61,621 nt of DNA, from contig CAZWDO010000012.1 in the NCBI GenBank assembly GCA_964632485.1, positions 62,001 through 123,621 on the forward strand. Reading direction: 5' to 3'. This DNA comes from an uncultured bacterium. Its GTDB lineage: Bacteria; JAGOEH01. The translations under genes were made by a program, and so were the position numbers. Shown one piece after another: positions 9,305-19,007 of the stretch (position 1 is its first letter; every line of letters begins with the position of its first letter). The notes beneath the pieces were generated by a model. The model had not been told where the DNA came from. It was given only the letters and a program-made list of their open reading frames with translations, and ran no database searches.

Positions 9305-10558
9305 ATGGCTGAATTGATTGCTGTAATCTTAGGTGGGGGAAAAGGTACGCGCCTTTTTCCCCTCACCCAAAGTCGCTCCAAACCCGCGGTTCCTTTAGGG
9401 GGGAAATACCGTTTGATAGATATTCCAATTTCAAACTGCATCAATTCGGGTATCAAAAAAATGTATGTGCTAACTCAATTCAATTCCGAATCCCTCAACC
9501 GGCATTTGTCGTTGGCTTATCAATTTGATTCCTTTTCTAGCGGGTTTGTCTCGCTGATTGCCGCTGAACAAAGCTATGAAAATACGGATTGGTTTCAGGG
9601 GACGGCCGATGCTGTTCGTAAATCTCTCAAACATATCAATACCTTTAAACCCCGCTATGTTTTAATTCTTTCTGGTGATCAGTTGTACGAAATGAACTTT
9701 ATGGAGCTTTTTGAATATCATCAAAAACACGATGCCGATATCACGGTCTGCACACTACCGGTGGCAGCGGATCAAGCCCCTGAGTTCGGCATTATGCAGT
9801 TGGATAAAAACTACCATATCAGCCGTTTTCATGAAAAACCCGCTCCAGGCCAATTAGAGGACCTCGCGAGTTTCCCGAAAAGTTTTGAAAAACCCTTTCT
9901 GGCATCAATGGGTATTTATATGTTCAAATATGAAATACTGGAAAGAATATTGCTGGAAAACGATTACGCTGATTTTGGCAAGCATATTATTCCTTCTGCA
10001 ATCGGAAAATACAATATGTGCGGTTATGTTTATCATGGTTACTGGAGTGATATTGGTACGATTAAAAGCTTTTATGAGGAAAATTTACACCTGACAGAGC
10101 TGGAAACCTATTTTTCTCTTTATAACACCAGCCATCCGCTTTATACTAATGTGCGGCATTTGCCGCCTGCGAAGATGCTGGACGCCAAGGTGTCAACGAG
10201 TATTGTTTGCGAAGGTTCTGTTATTAACCAGGCGAGTATTAAACATAGTATTATCGGTATCCGTACGATCGTCGATAAGAATACCGTGATAGAAGATTCC
10301 ATTATCATGGGCGCTGATTACTATCCGAAGAATTTACCCAGTGTTTTTCAACCGGATGGGCCTCTGAATCATCCCAGAATTGGTGAAAATTGTATCATTA
10401 GAAATAGTATTATCGATAAAAATGTACAGATCGGAGATCATGTAACGATTCAGAATGTGAACAATGTGGAAGAATATGACGGCGAGTTTTATTTTATCAG
10501 GGATTATCTTGTTTGTATCCCTAAAGATGTTATCATTCCTTCCGGTACAGTTATTTAA
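9305..10558 (+). CDS. glgC: Glucose-1-phosphate adenylyltransferase
   Basis: ILGGGKGTRLFPLT, RSKPAVPLGGKYRLIDIPISNC, WFQGTADAVR, ASMGIY, YWSDIGT. Confidence 0.97.
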   Translation: MAELIAVILGGGKGTRLFPLTQSRSKPAVPLGGKYRLIDIPISNCINSGIKKMYVLTQFNSESLNRHLSLAYQFDSFSSGFVSLIAAEQSYENTDWFQGTADAVRKSLKHINTFKPRYVLILSGDQLYEMNFMELFEYHQKHDADITVCTLPVAADQAPEFGIMQLDKNYHISRFHEKPAPGQLEDLASFPKSFEKPFLASMGIYMFKYEILERILLENDYADFGKHIIPSAIGKYNMCGYVYHGYWSDIGTIKSFYEENLHLTELETYFSLYNTSHPLYTNVRHLPPAKMLDAKVSTSIVCEGSVINQASIKHSIIGIRTIVDKNTVIEDSIIMGADYYPKNLPSVFQPDGPLNHPRIGENCIIRNSIIDKNVQIGDHVTIQNVNNVEEYDGEFYFIRDYLVCIPKDVIIPSGTVI

Positions 10559-10565
10559 GGGTATT

Positions 10566-12638
10566 ATGAAATTAAGCGATTCGGTGCAATTCATCAGGGG
10601 GATCGGACCCCAGCGCGCAGAAAGTTTGGCCAGGATAGGAATCCATACGCTTGAGGATTTGCTATTTTATTTTCCGCGGCGGTATGTTGACCGCAGTCAG
10701 TTGATTCCATTGAGCCATTTACGAATTAATCAGGAAGCGACAGGGGTGGCTCGCGTCACTGAAAAAAAAATGATTGAATATGGAAAAAAACGACTGGTTG
10801 TAACTATTACGGATGGGACCGATCGGATTCAATGTATATTTTTTAACCGTCCTCAAATGTTTCAACGGATTTTTAGTGAGGGACAAACCGTTTTTTTTAG
10901 TGGGAAAGTCACTTTTTTTATGGGAAAACAAATTGTTCATCCTGAATATCAAATTGTGGATGAAGAAGCTGATTTGCAAAAATTAGCTCGCATTATCCCG
11001 CTTTATCCCTGGTCGAAGGAGTTGGAACAATCCCATATCAGTCATGGAGCCTGGCGGAAAATGATTTATCGATTACTCTTTGAAAGTGAACTTGACTTGA
11101 ATGAAAAATTTCCCCCATGGATATGCCTCGAGTATGGACTGATGAATTTTTCAGATGCGTTGCGCCAAATGCATTTTCCTGAATCTGATCAAGAGTTGGA
11201 ACGCGCGCATTACCGTTTTGTTTTTGAAGAAGGATTTTTTTTGTTGCTACTTCTGAATCTGCGTTATCAAAGCAACCGCAGGAGTCCCGGTATTCAATTT
11301 CAACCATCTCAGGGTATGTTGCGACATTTGGTCGATCAGCTTCCTTATCAGTTAACGCGCGCCCAAATACGAGTGATCAATGACATTTATCGGGATATGA
11401 CCTCTCCCCATCAAATGAATCGGCTGTTACAAGGCGATGTAGGGTCGGGAAAAACGGTGGTTGCGCTGATCGCCATGCTGCTGGCGTATGAAAATGGGTG
11501 TCAGGCAATTCTGATGGCTCCAACGGAAATATTGGCGGAACAACATTTTTTGAATATTCGGCAATTTACGAATTGGTTTGGCATTGAACCTCTGCTCCTG
11601 GTCGGGTCACAAAAAAACAAAACTAAAATGCGCTTGCGCGAGGAAATTGCTCAAAAAGTCCCGGCGTTGATTATCGGAACCCATGCCCTGATCCAGAACA
11701 ATGTTAATTTTGCCAGACCCGGCCTGATCGTGATCGATGAACAACACCGGTTCGGTGTTATGCAGCGGGGAGTTTTGACGACTCTTGAGAATAATCCGGA
11801 TATATTGATTATGACAGCGACACCAATTCCCCGCACCCTGGCTATGACATTGTACGGCGATATGGATGTTTCTTTGATCGATGAAATGCCACCGGGAAGA
11901 AAACCGATTATCAACCGGGCTTATACTCAGAATCAAATTGAATTAGTATATCGCCAGGTTGAAATAAATATCAGTGAAGGCGGACAGATTTATTTTGTCT
12001 ATCCCTTGATCGAAGAATCTGAAAAATTAGATTTGAAAGCGGCTCAAAGCGCTTTTGAAGAAATCCAGCGCCGGTTCCCCCAAGTGGCAACCGGATTATT
12101 GCATGGACGTATGAAAGCAGAGGAAAAGAGTCAGGTTATGGATCAGTTTAAACGGGGAGAAATTAAAATTCTGGTTTCAACAACAGTCATCGAGGTTGGA
12201 GTGGATGTGCCTCAGGCTAATCTGATGGTTATCGAACATGCCGAACGGTTTGGATTGGCGCAACTCCATCAGTTGCGTGGCCGGGTCGGACGTGGGCACG
12301 CTCAGTCCAGTTGCCTATTTGTTACGGCTGACCAATTGACAGAGGATGCCAAAAAACGAATATCCGTGATGACCACTTCTAACGATGGGTTCAAGATAGC
12401 GGAAGAAGATCTTGCCATGCGGGGGCCGGGCGAACTGATGGGTACGACGCAAGCCGGACTTCCTCCAATCCGTATGATGGAGATTTTTACACACCAGAAA
12501 CTTTTAACTCAGCTTAAAGAACTGGTCCGCCGTATTGTCGAATCCGATCAGCATCTGATTCAACCTGCCCACCAATCACTTCGATCGGAGCTTTTTGCCC
12601 GTTATGGAGATAAACTGCATTATCTGGAAATCGCTTAA
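10566..12638 (+). CDS. recG: ATP-dependent DNA helicase RecG
   Basis: RLLQGDVGSGKT, IDEQHRFG, MTATPIPRTL, QLHQLRGRVGRG; start placed at ATG 10566. Confidence 0.97.
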   Translation: MKLSDSVQFIRGIGPQRAESLARIGIHTLEDLLFYFPRRYVDRSQLIPLSHLRINQEATGVARVTEKKMIEYGKKRLVVTITDGTDRIQCIFFNRPQMFQRIFSEGQTVFFSGKVTFFMGKQIVHPEYQIVDEEADLQKLARIIPLYPWSKELEQSHISHGAWRKMIYRLLFESELDLNEKFPPWICLEYGLMNFSDALRQMHFPESDQELERAHYRFVFEEGFFLLLLLNLRYQSNRRSPGIQFQPSQGMLRHLVDQLPYQLTRAQIRVINDIYRDMTSPHQMNRLLQGDVGSGKTVVALIAMLLAYENGCQAILMAPTEILAEQHFLNIRQFTNWFGIEPLLLVGSQKNKTKMRLREEIAQKVPALIIGTHALIQNNVNFARPGLIVIDEQHRFGVMQRGVLTTLENNPDILIMTATPIPRTLAMTLYGDMDVSLIDEMPPGRKPIINRAYTQNQIELVYRQVEINISEGGQIYFVYPLIEESEKLDLKAAQSAFEEIQRRFPQVATGLLHGRMKAEEKSQVMDQFKRGEIKILVSTTVIEVGVDVPQANLMVIEHAERFGLAQLHQLRGRVGRGHAQSSCLFVTADQLTEDAKKRISVMTTSNDGFKIAEEDLAMRGPGELMGTTQAGLPPIRMMEIFTHQKLLTQLKELVRRIVESDQHLIQPAHQSLRSELFARYGDKLHYLEIA

Positions 12639-12655
12639 CCCCGGGAGATACACTT

Positions 12656-13018
12656 ATGATCCGAATTTTACTTGTTGACGATGAGCCAATGATTTTAGAT
12701 GTCGGTTCACAGATGTTGGAAGTTTTAGGGTATCATGTGCAAGTGGAGAGTTCGGGGGGAAACTGTCTGAGCGCTTTGCTGAGGGAGCCCTATGATCTGT
12801 TGATTCTTGATTACAATCTCGATGATATGAATGCTCAACAAATTGTGGAGAAAATTATTGAATACCAATTGCCCGTATGTATTATTATCTCTTCCGGTAC
12901 GCCAAATCAGAGCCTGGGAGATACGCAACTGGATAAACGGATCAGTGGGTTCCTTAATAAACCTTTTAAAATTGAAGAACTGGAACAAATTGTCTTACAG
13001 GTGGTAAAAAAACGATGA
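12656..13018 (+). CDS. Single-domain response regulator (REC)
   Basis: ILLVDDE, DLLILD (phospho-Asp), SSG, KPF. Confidence 0.9.
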   Translation: MIRILLVDDEPMILDVGSQMLEVLGYHVQVESSGGNCLSALLREPYDLLILDYNLDDMNAQQIVEKIIEYQLPVCIIISSGTPNQSLGDTQLDKRISGFLNKPFKIEELEQIVLQVVKKR

Positions 13019-13623
13019 TTGCTTCCTTGACTGGCAAACTGAAAATTAAAGATCCGACGCGGCTGGTAATCGATATCCAGGGTGTTGGCTATGCTTTGGC
13101 CGTCTCTTTGAATACCAGCCAAAAGCTATCGGTTACCGATAGTACTGTTTCTTTGTTTACCCATTTACAGATCAAGGATGATACTATCGTACTTTATGGC
13201 TTCATTGATGAAGAAGAACGAAGTGTATTTCTCAAGCTGATCTCAATTAGCGGTATCGGCCCGAAATCCGCTTTGGCCATTCTTTCCGGATTGACGGCTG
13301 GGCAATTTAAACAAGCAGTACATCAGGGGGATGCAAAACCCTTGAATGCCCTGCCCGGTATTGGTAAAAAAACCGCGGCGCGAATTTTGCTGGAATTGAA
13401 AGATACCTGGCCAATGACGGATGAATTGAACTCTTATGAACTGCAAAAAATCTCCTCGCCACTGGATGAACCGCAAGCAGATATGGTCCAACAGGCGATT
13501 TCAGCTCTGATCAGTTTAGGACTGACCAAAGTCCAAGCGGAAAAAAGAGTGGGTCAGGTTATGCGTAAACAATCGGTGGATAAGGTAGAAATCCTTATTA
13601 TGAATGCCTTGCAGGAACAATGA
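13015..13623 (+). CDS. ruvA: Holliday junction branch migration protein RuvA
   Basis: MIASLTG, GVGY, LYGF, ISGIGPKSALAILS, PGIGKKTAARILLELK. Confidence 0.96.
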   Translation: MIASLTGKLKIKDPTRLVIDIQGVGYALAVSLNTSQKLSVTDSTVSLFTHLQIKDDTIVLYGFIDEEERSVFLKLISISGIGPKSALAILSGLTAGQFKQAVHQGDAKPLNALPGIGKKTAARILLELKDTWPMTDELNSYELQKISSPLDEPQADMVQQAISALISLGLTKVQAEKRVGQVMRKQSVDKVEILIMNALQEQ

Positions 13624-13624
13624 T

Positions 13625-14713
13625 ATGAGCCGTCTAATCTATGACATTCCAGTTTCTGCCCCCAGCAAGCATTATTCTATATCAATCTATGACCACTTGG
13701 ATGCGCCTCCGCCGTTTCTTTTTGAACCCTACAATCGTGTAGCGATTGTAACTAATACGACTTTATCGGGATTATGGGAAGCCTGGTTAAACCAATGGAA
13801 CGAAAAAATGCCGGAAACAGTGGTGATTGTTTTGCCGGATGGCGAACGATATAAGGATATGACGACGCTAAATCAGGTCTATCAGGAATTATTAAAACAT
13901 CAGCTGGGTCGGGATGGACTACTGGTTGCTTGGGGTGGGGGAGTGATTGGCGATTTGACCGGTTTCGCTGCCGCTACTTTTATGCGGGGTATTGATTATA
14001 TTCAGGTTCCGACTACGTTGTTGGCGATGGTCGATAGCAGTGTGGGTGGAAAAACCGCGGTTAATCTTCAGGGCGCTAAAAATATGATGGGCGCTTTTTA
14101 TCAACCCCAAGCGGTTTTCTGCGGGCTTGAATTTCTAAAATCTTTGCCAAAAAGAGAATTCAATGCCGGTATGATGGAAGTGATTAAATATGGATTGATT
14201 CTGGATGCCGATTTTTATCAATTGTTATGGAGCCAACGAACAGAAATCGCTACTTTGCAGCCTAAAATCCTGGCTACGGTCATTGCCCGTTGTTGCGCTC
14301 TAAAATCTCAAATTGTGATGACGGATGAAAAAGATCAGGGGTTACGGAATATCCTTAATTTGGGCCATACCATCGGCCATGCGCTCGAAAGTTACACAGA
14401 TTATCAGTACTATTTGCATGGCGAAGCTGTGGCGCTGGGAACCATGGCAATTATGCGCTATTTGCGAGATTGTGGCGTCATTTTAGAAACGGAATTGAAA
14501 CAATTTATTTCTTTGTTGGAATTTTTTGAGTTGCCCATTCAGATACCTGATTCGTTCGATCTTGATCAGATCACAGCATTTTTATTGAAAGATAAAAAGA
14601 ATAAAGCGAGGGAGATTCGTTGGGTGATTTTGAAAAAAATTGGTTTGGCTTCCTGGGACCAATATGTTGATTTGCAACATATTGTAAAAATTTTACTGGG
14701 GATGCAGGGATGA
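13625..14713 (+). CDS. aroB: 3-dehydroquinate synthase
   Basis: GGGVIGDLTGFAAATFMRG, PTTLLAMVDSSVGGKT, LNLGHTIGHALE, HGEAVALG. Confidence 0.97.
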   Translation: MSRLIYDIPVSAPSKHYSISIYDHLDAPPPFLFEPYNRVAIVTNTTLSGLWEAWLNQWNEKMPETVVIVLPDGERYKDMTTLNQVYQELLKHQLGRDGLLVAWGGGVIGDLTGFAAATFMRGIDYIQVPTTLLAMVDSSVGGKTAVNLQGAKNMMGAFYQPQAVFCGLEFLKSLPKREFNAGMMEVIKYGLILDADFYQLLWSQRTEIATLQPKILATVIARCCALKSQIVMTDEKDQGLRNILNLGHTIGHALESYTDYQYYLHGEAVALGTMAIMRYLRDCGVILETELKQFISLLEFFELPIQIPDSFDLDQITAFLLKDKKNKAREIRWVILKKIGLASWDQYVDLQHIVKILLGMQG

Positions 14714-15138
14714 TGAATATTTTAGTGATCAATGGGCCCAATTTGAATCGTCTGGGGAAACGGGAGCCCGGGATTTATGGGCATACTACATTAGACGAAT
14801 TAAATGCTCAGTTAATACAATTCGGCAGCGCGCGCGGGGTGGATTTGAATTTTTTCCAATCAAATCATGAAGGCGCATTAATTGATCAACTTCATGCTGC
14901 GGAAGGCTCTTGTCAAGCGATTATTCTGAACGCAGGGGCTTATACTCATACCAGTATCGCGCTGCGTGATGCCATAGCCTCAATATCAGTACCGGTTGTG
15001 GAAGTGCACCTCTCCAACACTTATGCCCGGGAACCTTTTCGCGCCCATTCGTGCATTGCTCCCGTTTGCCGCGGATCTATCCTGGGATTCGGTGTTCACA
15101 GCTATTTCCTGGCGATCGAAGCTATTTTACGCTTCTAA
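14710..15138 (+). CDS. aroQ: Type II 3-dehydroquinate dehydratase
   Basis: INGPNLNRLGKREPGIYG, QSNHEG, NAGAYTHTSIALRDA, EVHLSN. Confidence 0.97.
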   Translation: MMNILVINGPNLNRLGKREPGIYGHTTLDELNAQLIQFGSARGVDLNFFQSNHEGALIDQLHAAEGSCQAIILNAGAYTHTSIALRDAIASISVPVVEVHLSNTYAREPFRAHSCIAPVCRGSILGFGVHSYFLAIEAILRF

Positions 15139-15244
15139 CCGGTTTTTATCGGGAATATTTACCCTCACCATCATTACGGTATATATTGAAATTTATACCA
15201 TATTCCGAATCATTTTATAGTAATTATAAGTGGGTTATGGGGTT

Positions 15245-17680
15245 TTATTGCATCTCAGTAGTAAATTCTATCTTTACCTGGCATCCCTCTTGTGATTGGA
15301 ATGTAACTGTTCCATTTAATTGATTTACGAGTTGTTTAACTAAGTTTATTCCCCAGGATGAAAGATTTTCCGAATCAAAATCTTCAGGAAAGCCTACGCC
15401 ATTATCACTCACTACTAAGTGAAAGATGTTAGTGGCTGCATGTTTAAACGAGATATGAATAATGCCGCCTTGTTTGTCGGGGAAGGCATATTTTAACGCG
15501 TTGGTAATCAGTTCATTTAATATTAATCCTAATGCCAGAGTCGTTTTTGTCTCGAATCTGATGGGATCCACCTGGGATTCAAATTGAAGAATCTGGTCCA
15601 TGGGAGTTGTTTTTTTTAGGGTGGCGACAATGGAATCAAAATATGAATTCAGGGGAATTGACAGGTCGTTGGTTCCGCTTTGATGCAGAATTTCATACAG
15701 ATTGGCGATGCTGCAAATCCGCTGTTGAGTTTTTTTAAAAATTTCTACATCCTGTCGATCTTTTAAGTTGCCTATTTCCAAAGAGATAAGCCCCGTCGCC
15801 ATAGAGAGGCTGTTTTTTACCCGATGCAGAATTTCTTTCATTAAAAGTTCTTTTTCATTCAGAGCGCTTTTAAGTTGGTTTTCCATTTCAATTCGGGAGG
15901 TCAAATCGATCCCAATACCGATCTGCCGACCATCGTCTAATGCGATGTTGGTCCAGGATGTCTTCAGAAGTGTCCCAAAACGGGTGCAAAGAGAATAATC
16001 TTCCCATTCTCCGGAACATTTTTTCATAAAATCGATGGCCTGACGTTGGATCTGTGGATGGGGGAAACAAAGCGCCACTAAGTTCCCCCGGGATGCATCT
16101 TCTTGGGTCCAGCCGGTTGTAGCAATGAAGGTTTTATTCAGATATTGCATATTGATCTGTGGATCGTAGAGCGTTATCATCACGGGGATTGTATCAATGA
16201 TAGTTTGAAACAGATTTCGCTCTTGTTTTAATTCATTTTCATGTAGTTTTCGTTCACGGATGTCGCGCGCAATCGATATAATTGAAGTATGATTTTCCAA
16301 AGAGAAAAGTTGCGAATGGATTTCCACCGGAATGGGGTCCCCGGTTTTGGCGCGATGGACTTGTTCAAATACAGCTTTACCTTGAGCGCGTAATTGGGAG
16401 AAAACCTGTTTTAAATCTACTTTTGAATCGGGATGGTCGATTTGAGCAGGCGAGAGAGCTAATAATTCGTCGTGGGTATAACCTAACCGTTTACAAGCCA
16501 CCTGGTTAATTTCGATAAAGTGTCCCAGTGTGTCATCGTCATTAAGAGAGTGAACGAAAATAGCGTCGGCGATGCCATCATAGAGTAAATGGTAGAGACG
16601 TTCTCGCAGGAGGAGTGTATTGTGGAAATTAAAAAGCCAACATAATCCCAGTGTCCCCCCCAGGACGATAAAAAGGGCGATTGGGATAATGAGCCGGTAA
16701 TCACGATCATATTGGTGATGCCAATGGGCTGGAGATGAATAGACCCGGCATTGAATTTTACGAGTAAAAAATTGCAGGGTGGTATCGGTGAAGGGAGCGC
16801 AGTACGCTGTATCCTCACGAGTATTAAAGAGGGCTTGCAAACGCGCGTTCCAATGCGCTAACTGTTGTGGTTTTTCAGTATCGGTCACGTCATATATGCG
16901 CACCGGTAATCCCACGAAGGGCTGACAATTGATCGTTTGATCTATAAGTGTCTGGATATTCAAATTGACAGTCAGAAAACCATAGGGTATCGGGCCAGTT
17001 GTAGTTATATCTGCTTGATAAATCGGCAGGATAATTTGGTAATCAGGCATCCGTTCAGATGGGTTTTGGGTTATACGAACCCGGACAGGAAGCCCGAATG
17101 TGTCCAAAGTGGTTTCTTCCAATATGGCGCGAACTAGGGTTTCGGCTTCCATTGTTGACGTGAAAGGAGACGGGAGGCGGCTTTTCGGCCAGGAATATAG
17201 CATGGGAAGCGCAAATTGTGGCTTTGCTCCCGGAAAGGTTCCGGGAACAGTGAAGAAGGAAAGCTCTGTCGGCTGGAAGTTTGCTGCGATTAGCCGCGAT
17301 CTCCATGAGTCAGCGGTTTTTTCCGCTACCAGTGGATTCCAAAATAATTGAAAAGGGGGTGTGGGCTGAACGCGTAATGCCAGACAAAAATTTGTAAATT
17401 CTTTGGGATCCATCCATTGGGAACTGGCAAAAAATTGCCTGAAAAAAATTAAATTCTTATAATTTTTTTCTAAGGCATTCTGAATGGTAGTGATTCGAAT
17501 GCGACTGTGGTAGTTAAAAGTTTCCTGATACCGCTTTTCGGCAATATTGGTCGCTGATTTCCAAATCAAAAGTGATAAGGTAAGCGAAATGATAAAATAG
17601 ATGAAGATCGATCCGCGTTGACTATTTGATAATTTTTTTAATGATGACAAAGGTTGTTTGAGCATAAACGATCCCTTCAC
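15245..17680 (-). CDS. Membrane sensor histidine kinase (CHASE-like, PAS x2, HisKA_2, HATPase)
   Basis: Two TM segments flanking a periplasmic domain; PAS motifs; EILHRVKNSL H-box; LNELITNALKYAF; SDNGVGF. Confidence 0.9.
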   Translation of the reverse strand: MKGSFMLKQPLSSLKKLSNSQRGSIFIYFIISLTLSLLIWKSATNIAEKRYQETFNYHSRIRITTIQNALEKNYKNLIFFRQFFASSQWMDPKEFTNFCLALRVQPTPPFQLFWNPLVAEKTADSWRSRLIAANFQPTELSFFTVPGTFPGAKPQFALPMLYSWPKSRLPSPFTSTMEAETLVRAILEETTLDTFGLPVRVRITQNPSERMPDYQIILPIYQADITTTGPIPYGFLTVNLNIQTLIDQTINCQPFVGLPVRIYDVTDTEKPQQLAHWNARLQALFNTREDTAYCAPFTDTTLQFFTRKIQCRVYSSPAHWHHQYDRDYRLIIPIALFIVLGGTLGLCWLFNFHNTLLLRERLYHLLYDGIADAIFVHSLNDDDTLGHFIEINQVACKRLGYTHDELLALSPAQIDHPDSKVDLKQVFSQLRAQGKAVFEQVHRAKTGDPIPVEIHSQLFSLENHTSIISIARDIRERKLHENELKQERNLFQTIIDTIPVMITLYDPQINMQYLNKTFIATTGWTQEDASRGNLVALCFPHPQIQRQAIDFMKKCSGEWEDYSLCTRFGTLLKTSWTNIALDDGRQIGIGIDLTSRIEMENQLKSALNEKELLMKEILHRVKNSLSMATGLISLEIGNLKDRQDVEIFKKTQQRICSIANLYEILHQSGTNDLSIPLNSYFDSIVATLKKTTPMDQILQFESQVDPIRFETKTTLALGLILNELITNALKYAFPDKQGGIIHISFKHAATNIFHLVVSDNGVGFPEDFDSENLSSWGINLVKQLVNQLNGTVTFQSQEGCQVKIEFTTEMQ

Positions 17681-17826
17681 TATGAATTTTCAATCAGCTA
17701 TATCTGAAAAGAAAAAAAATTCAGGCCAAAATGGATTCCCGACTGATTATTTTTCCGGCAGTACTTCCGTGCGGATTTCCCAATTATAATATAATCGGCA
17801 TTTTTTGAATTGTCAATCAATAAAAA

Positions 17827-18972
17827 TTAAAAATTTTGTCTTTTTTTACCCCGTATCCAGCATTGAATGAGCTGCAGGGAATCGTCGATGAGAATCAGAT
17901 CGGCGTCGGCGCCGGTTTTTAATACGCCTTTGCGGTTCTCTATTCCCAGCAGAAGCGCCGGGTTATAGCTGGCAGTATTAATTGCATCGCGGATAGAGCA
18001 TTGAGTTGATGAACGGAAACGTCGGACAATTTCAAGCAGTGAAAGGGAGCAACCGATGAGCGTACCGTCTTCGTAGCGCGCTGCGCCGTCGAGACTTATG
18101 AATTTGCGGCCGCCGTATTCGTATTCACCATCGGGCATTCCAATTGTCCGTACGCCGTCGGTAATGCAAATAATACGCTGGGGACCAATTAACTGGAATA
18201 ACATGCGGATCGCTCCCGGATGGACATGGACACCATCCGCTATCAGTTGAACCGTTACCGAGTTGTGTCTGGCAATCGCCGCCAGGGGCCCGGGTTCGCG
18301 ATGTGTAAACCCGCGCATGGCGTTGAAAATATGGGTGACATGATGGATCTCGCGCCCAATGTATTGTTGGGCATTTTCGAAACTGATGTCGGTATGGCCC
18401 AGGGAAGGAATGATTCTGAGTTGATTGAGTTGCGCGACGAGCTTGGGAACTCCCTCCAGTTCCGGCGCCAGTGTCATCATCCGCAGGTTGGGAGTTGTCA
18501 ATTGATTGATTTCCTGCCAAAGGGTATTGCTGAAAGGGGCAATGGCGTGTTCACTGATCCCTCCTTTTTTGATTCTATTTATAAAAGGGCCTTCCAGATG
18601 CCATCCGAGACATTCCGCGGAAAGATCATCCCGGCTGCGAGTCAGACGGACGGGGTGCAGGTGGGTATTGTCTCGGTCCGGGAGGTAAACCGTGGTGGCT
18701 AAAAAAGATGTCGTGCCAATGGCTGACAGTTTTCTGCCCATAATTAAAATTGTATCTTCGTTTGTATCGAGTACATCGGCTCCTCCAGCGCCTTGGATAT
18801 GAATGTCGATCAATCCGGGAGCAATGATGGCGCCCCGGGCATCGTATTCTTCAAATGGGGTCGGAGGATCTATTTGAGCCCCAATCGCTTCAATTTTACC
18901 CTCTTTGAGCCATAATTGGCAGTATTCATCAAGCTTGTCATAACATCGGCAATTTCTGATAATGATATTCAT
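17827..18972 (-). CDS. nagA: N-acetylglucosamine-6-phosphate deacetylase
   Basis: PGLIDIHIQG, HLEGPFIN, TLAPE, GHT, THIFNAM, IADGVHVHP. Confidence 0.93.
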   Translation of the reverse strand: MNIIIRNCRCYDKLDEYCQLWLKEGKIEAIGAQIDPPTPFEEYDARGAIIAPGLIDIHIQGAGGADVLDTNEDTILIMGRKLSAIGTTSFLATTVYLPDRDNTHLHPVRLTRSRDDLSAECLGWHLEGPFINRIKKGGISEHAIAPFSNTLWQEINQLTTPNLRMMTLAPELEGVPKLVAQLNQLRIIPSLGHTDISFENAQQYIGREIHHVTHIFNAMRGFTHREPGPLAAIARHNSVTVQLIADGVHVHPGAIRMLFQLIGPQRIICITDGVRTIGMPDGEYEYGGRKFISLDGAARYEDGTLIGCSLSLLEIVRRFRSSTQCSIRDAINTASYNPALLLGIENRKGVLKTGADADLILIDDSLQLIQCWIRGKKRQNF

Positions 18973-19007
18973 TTTAAAAACCTTGGAGTATAGTTTGTTA
19001 AAACCAT

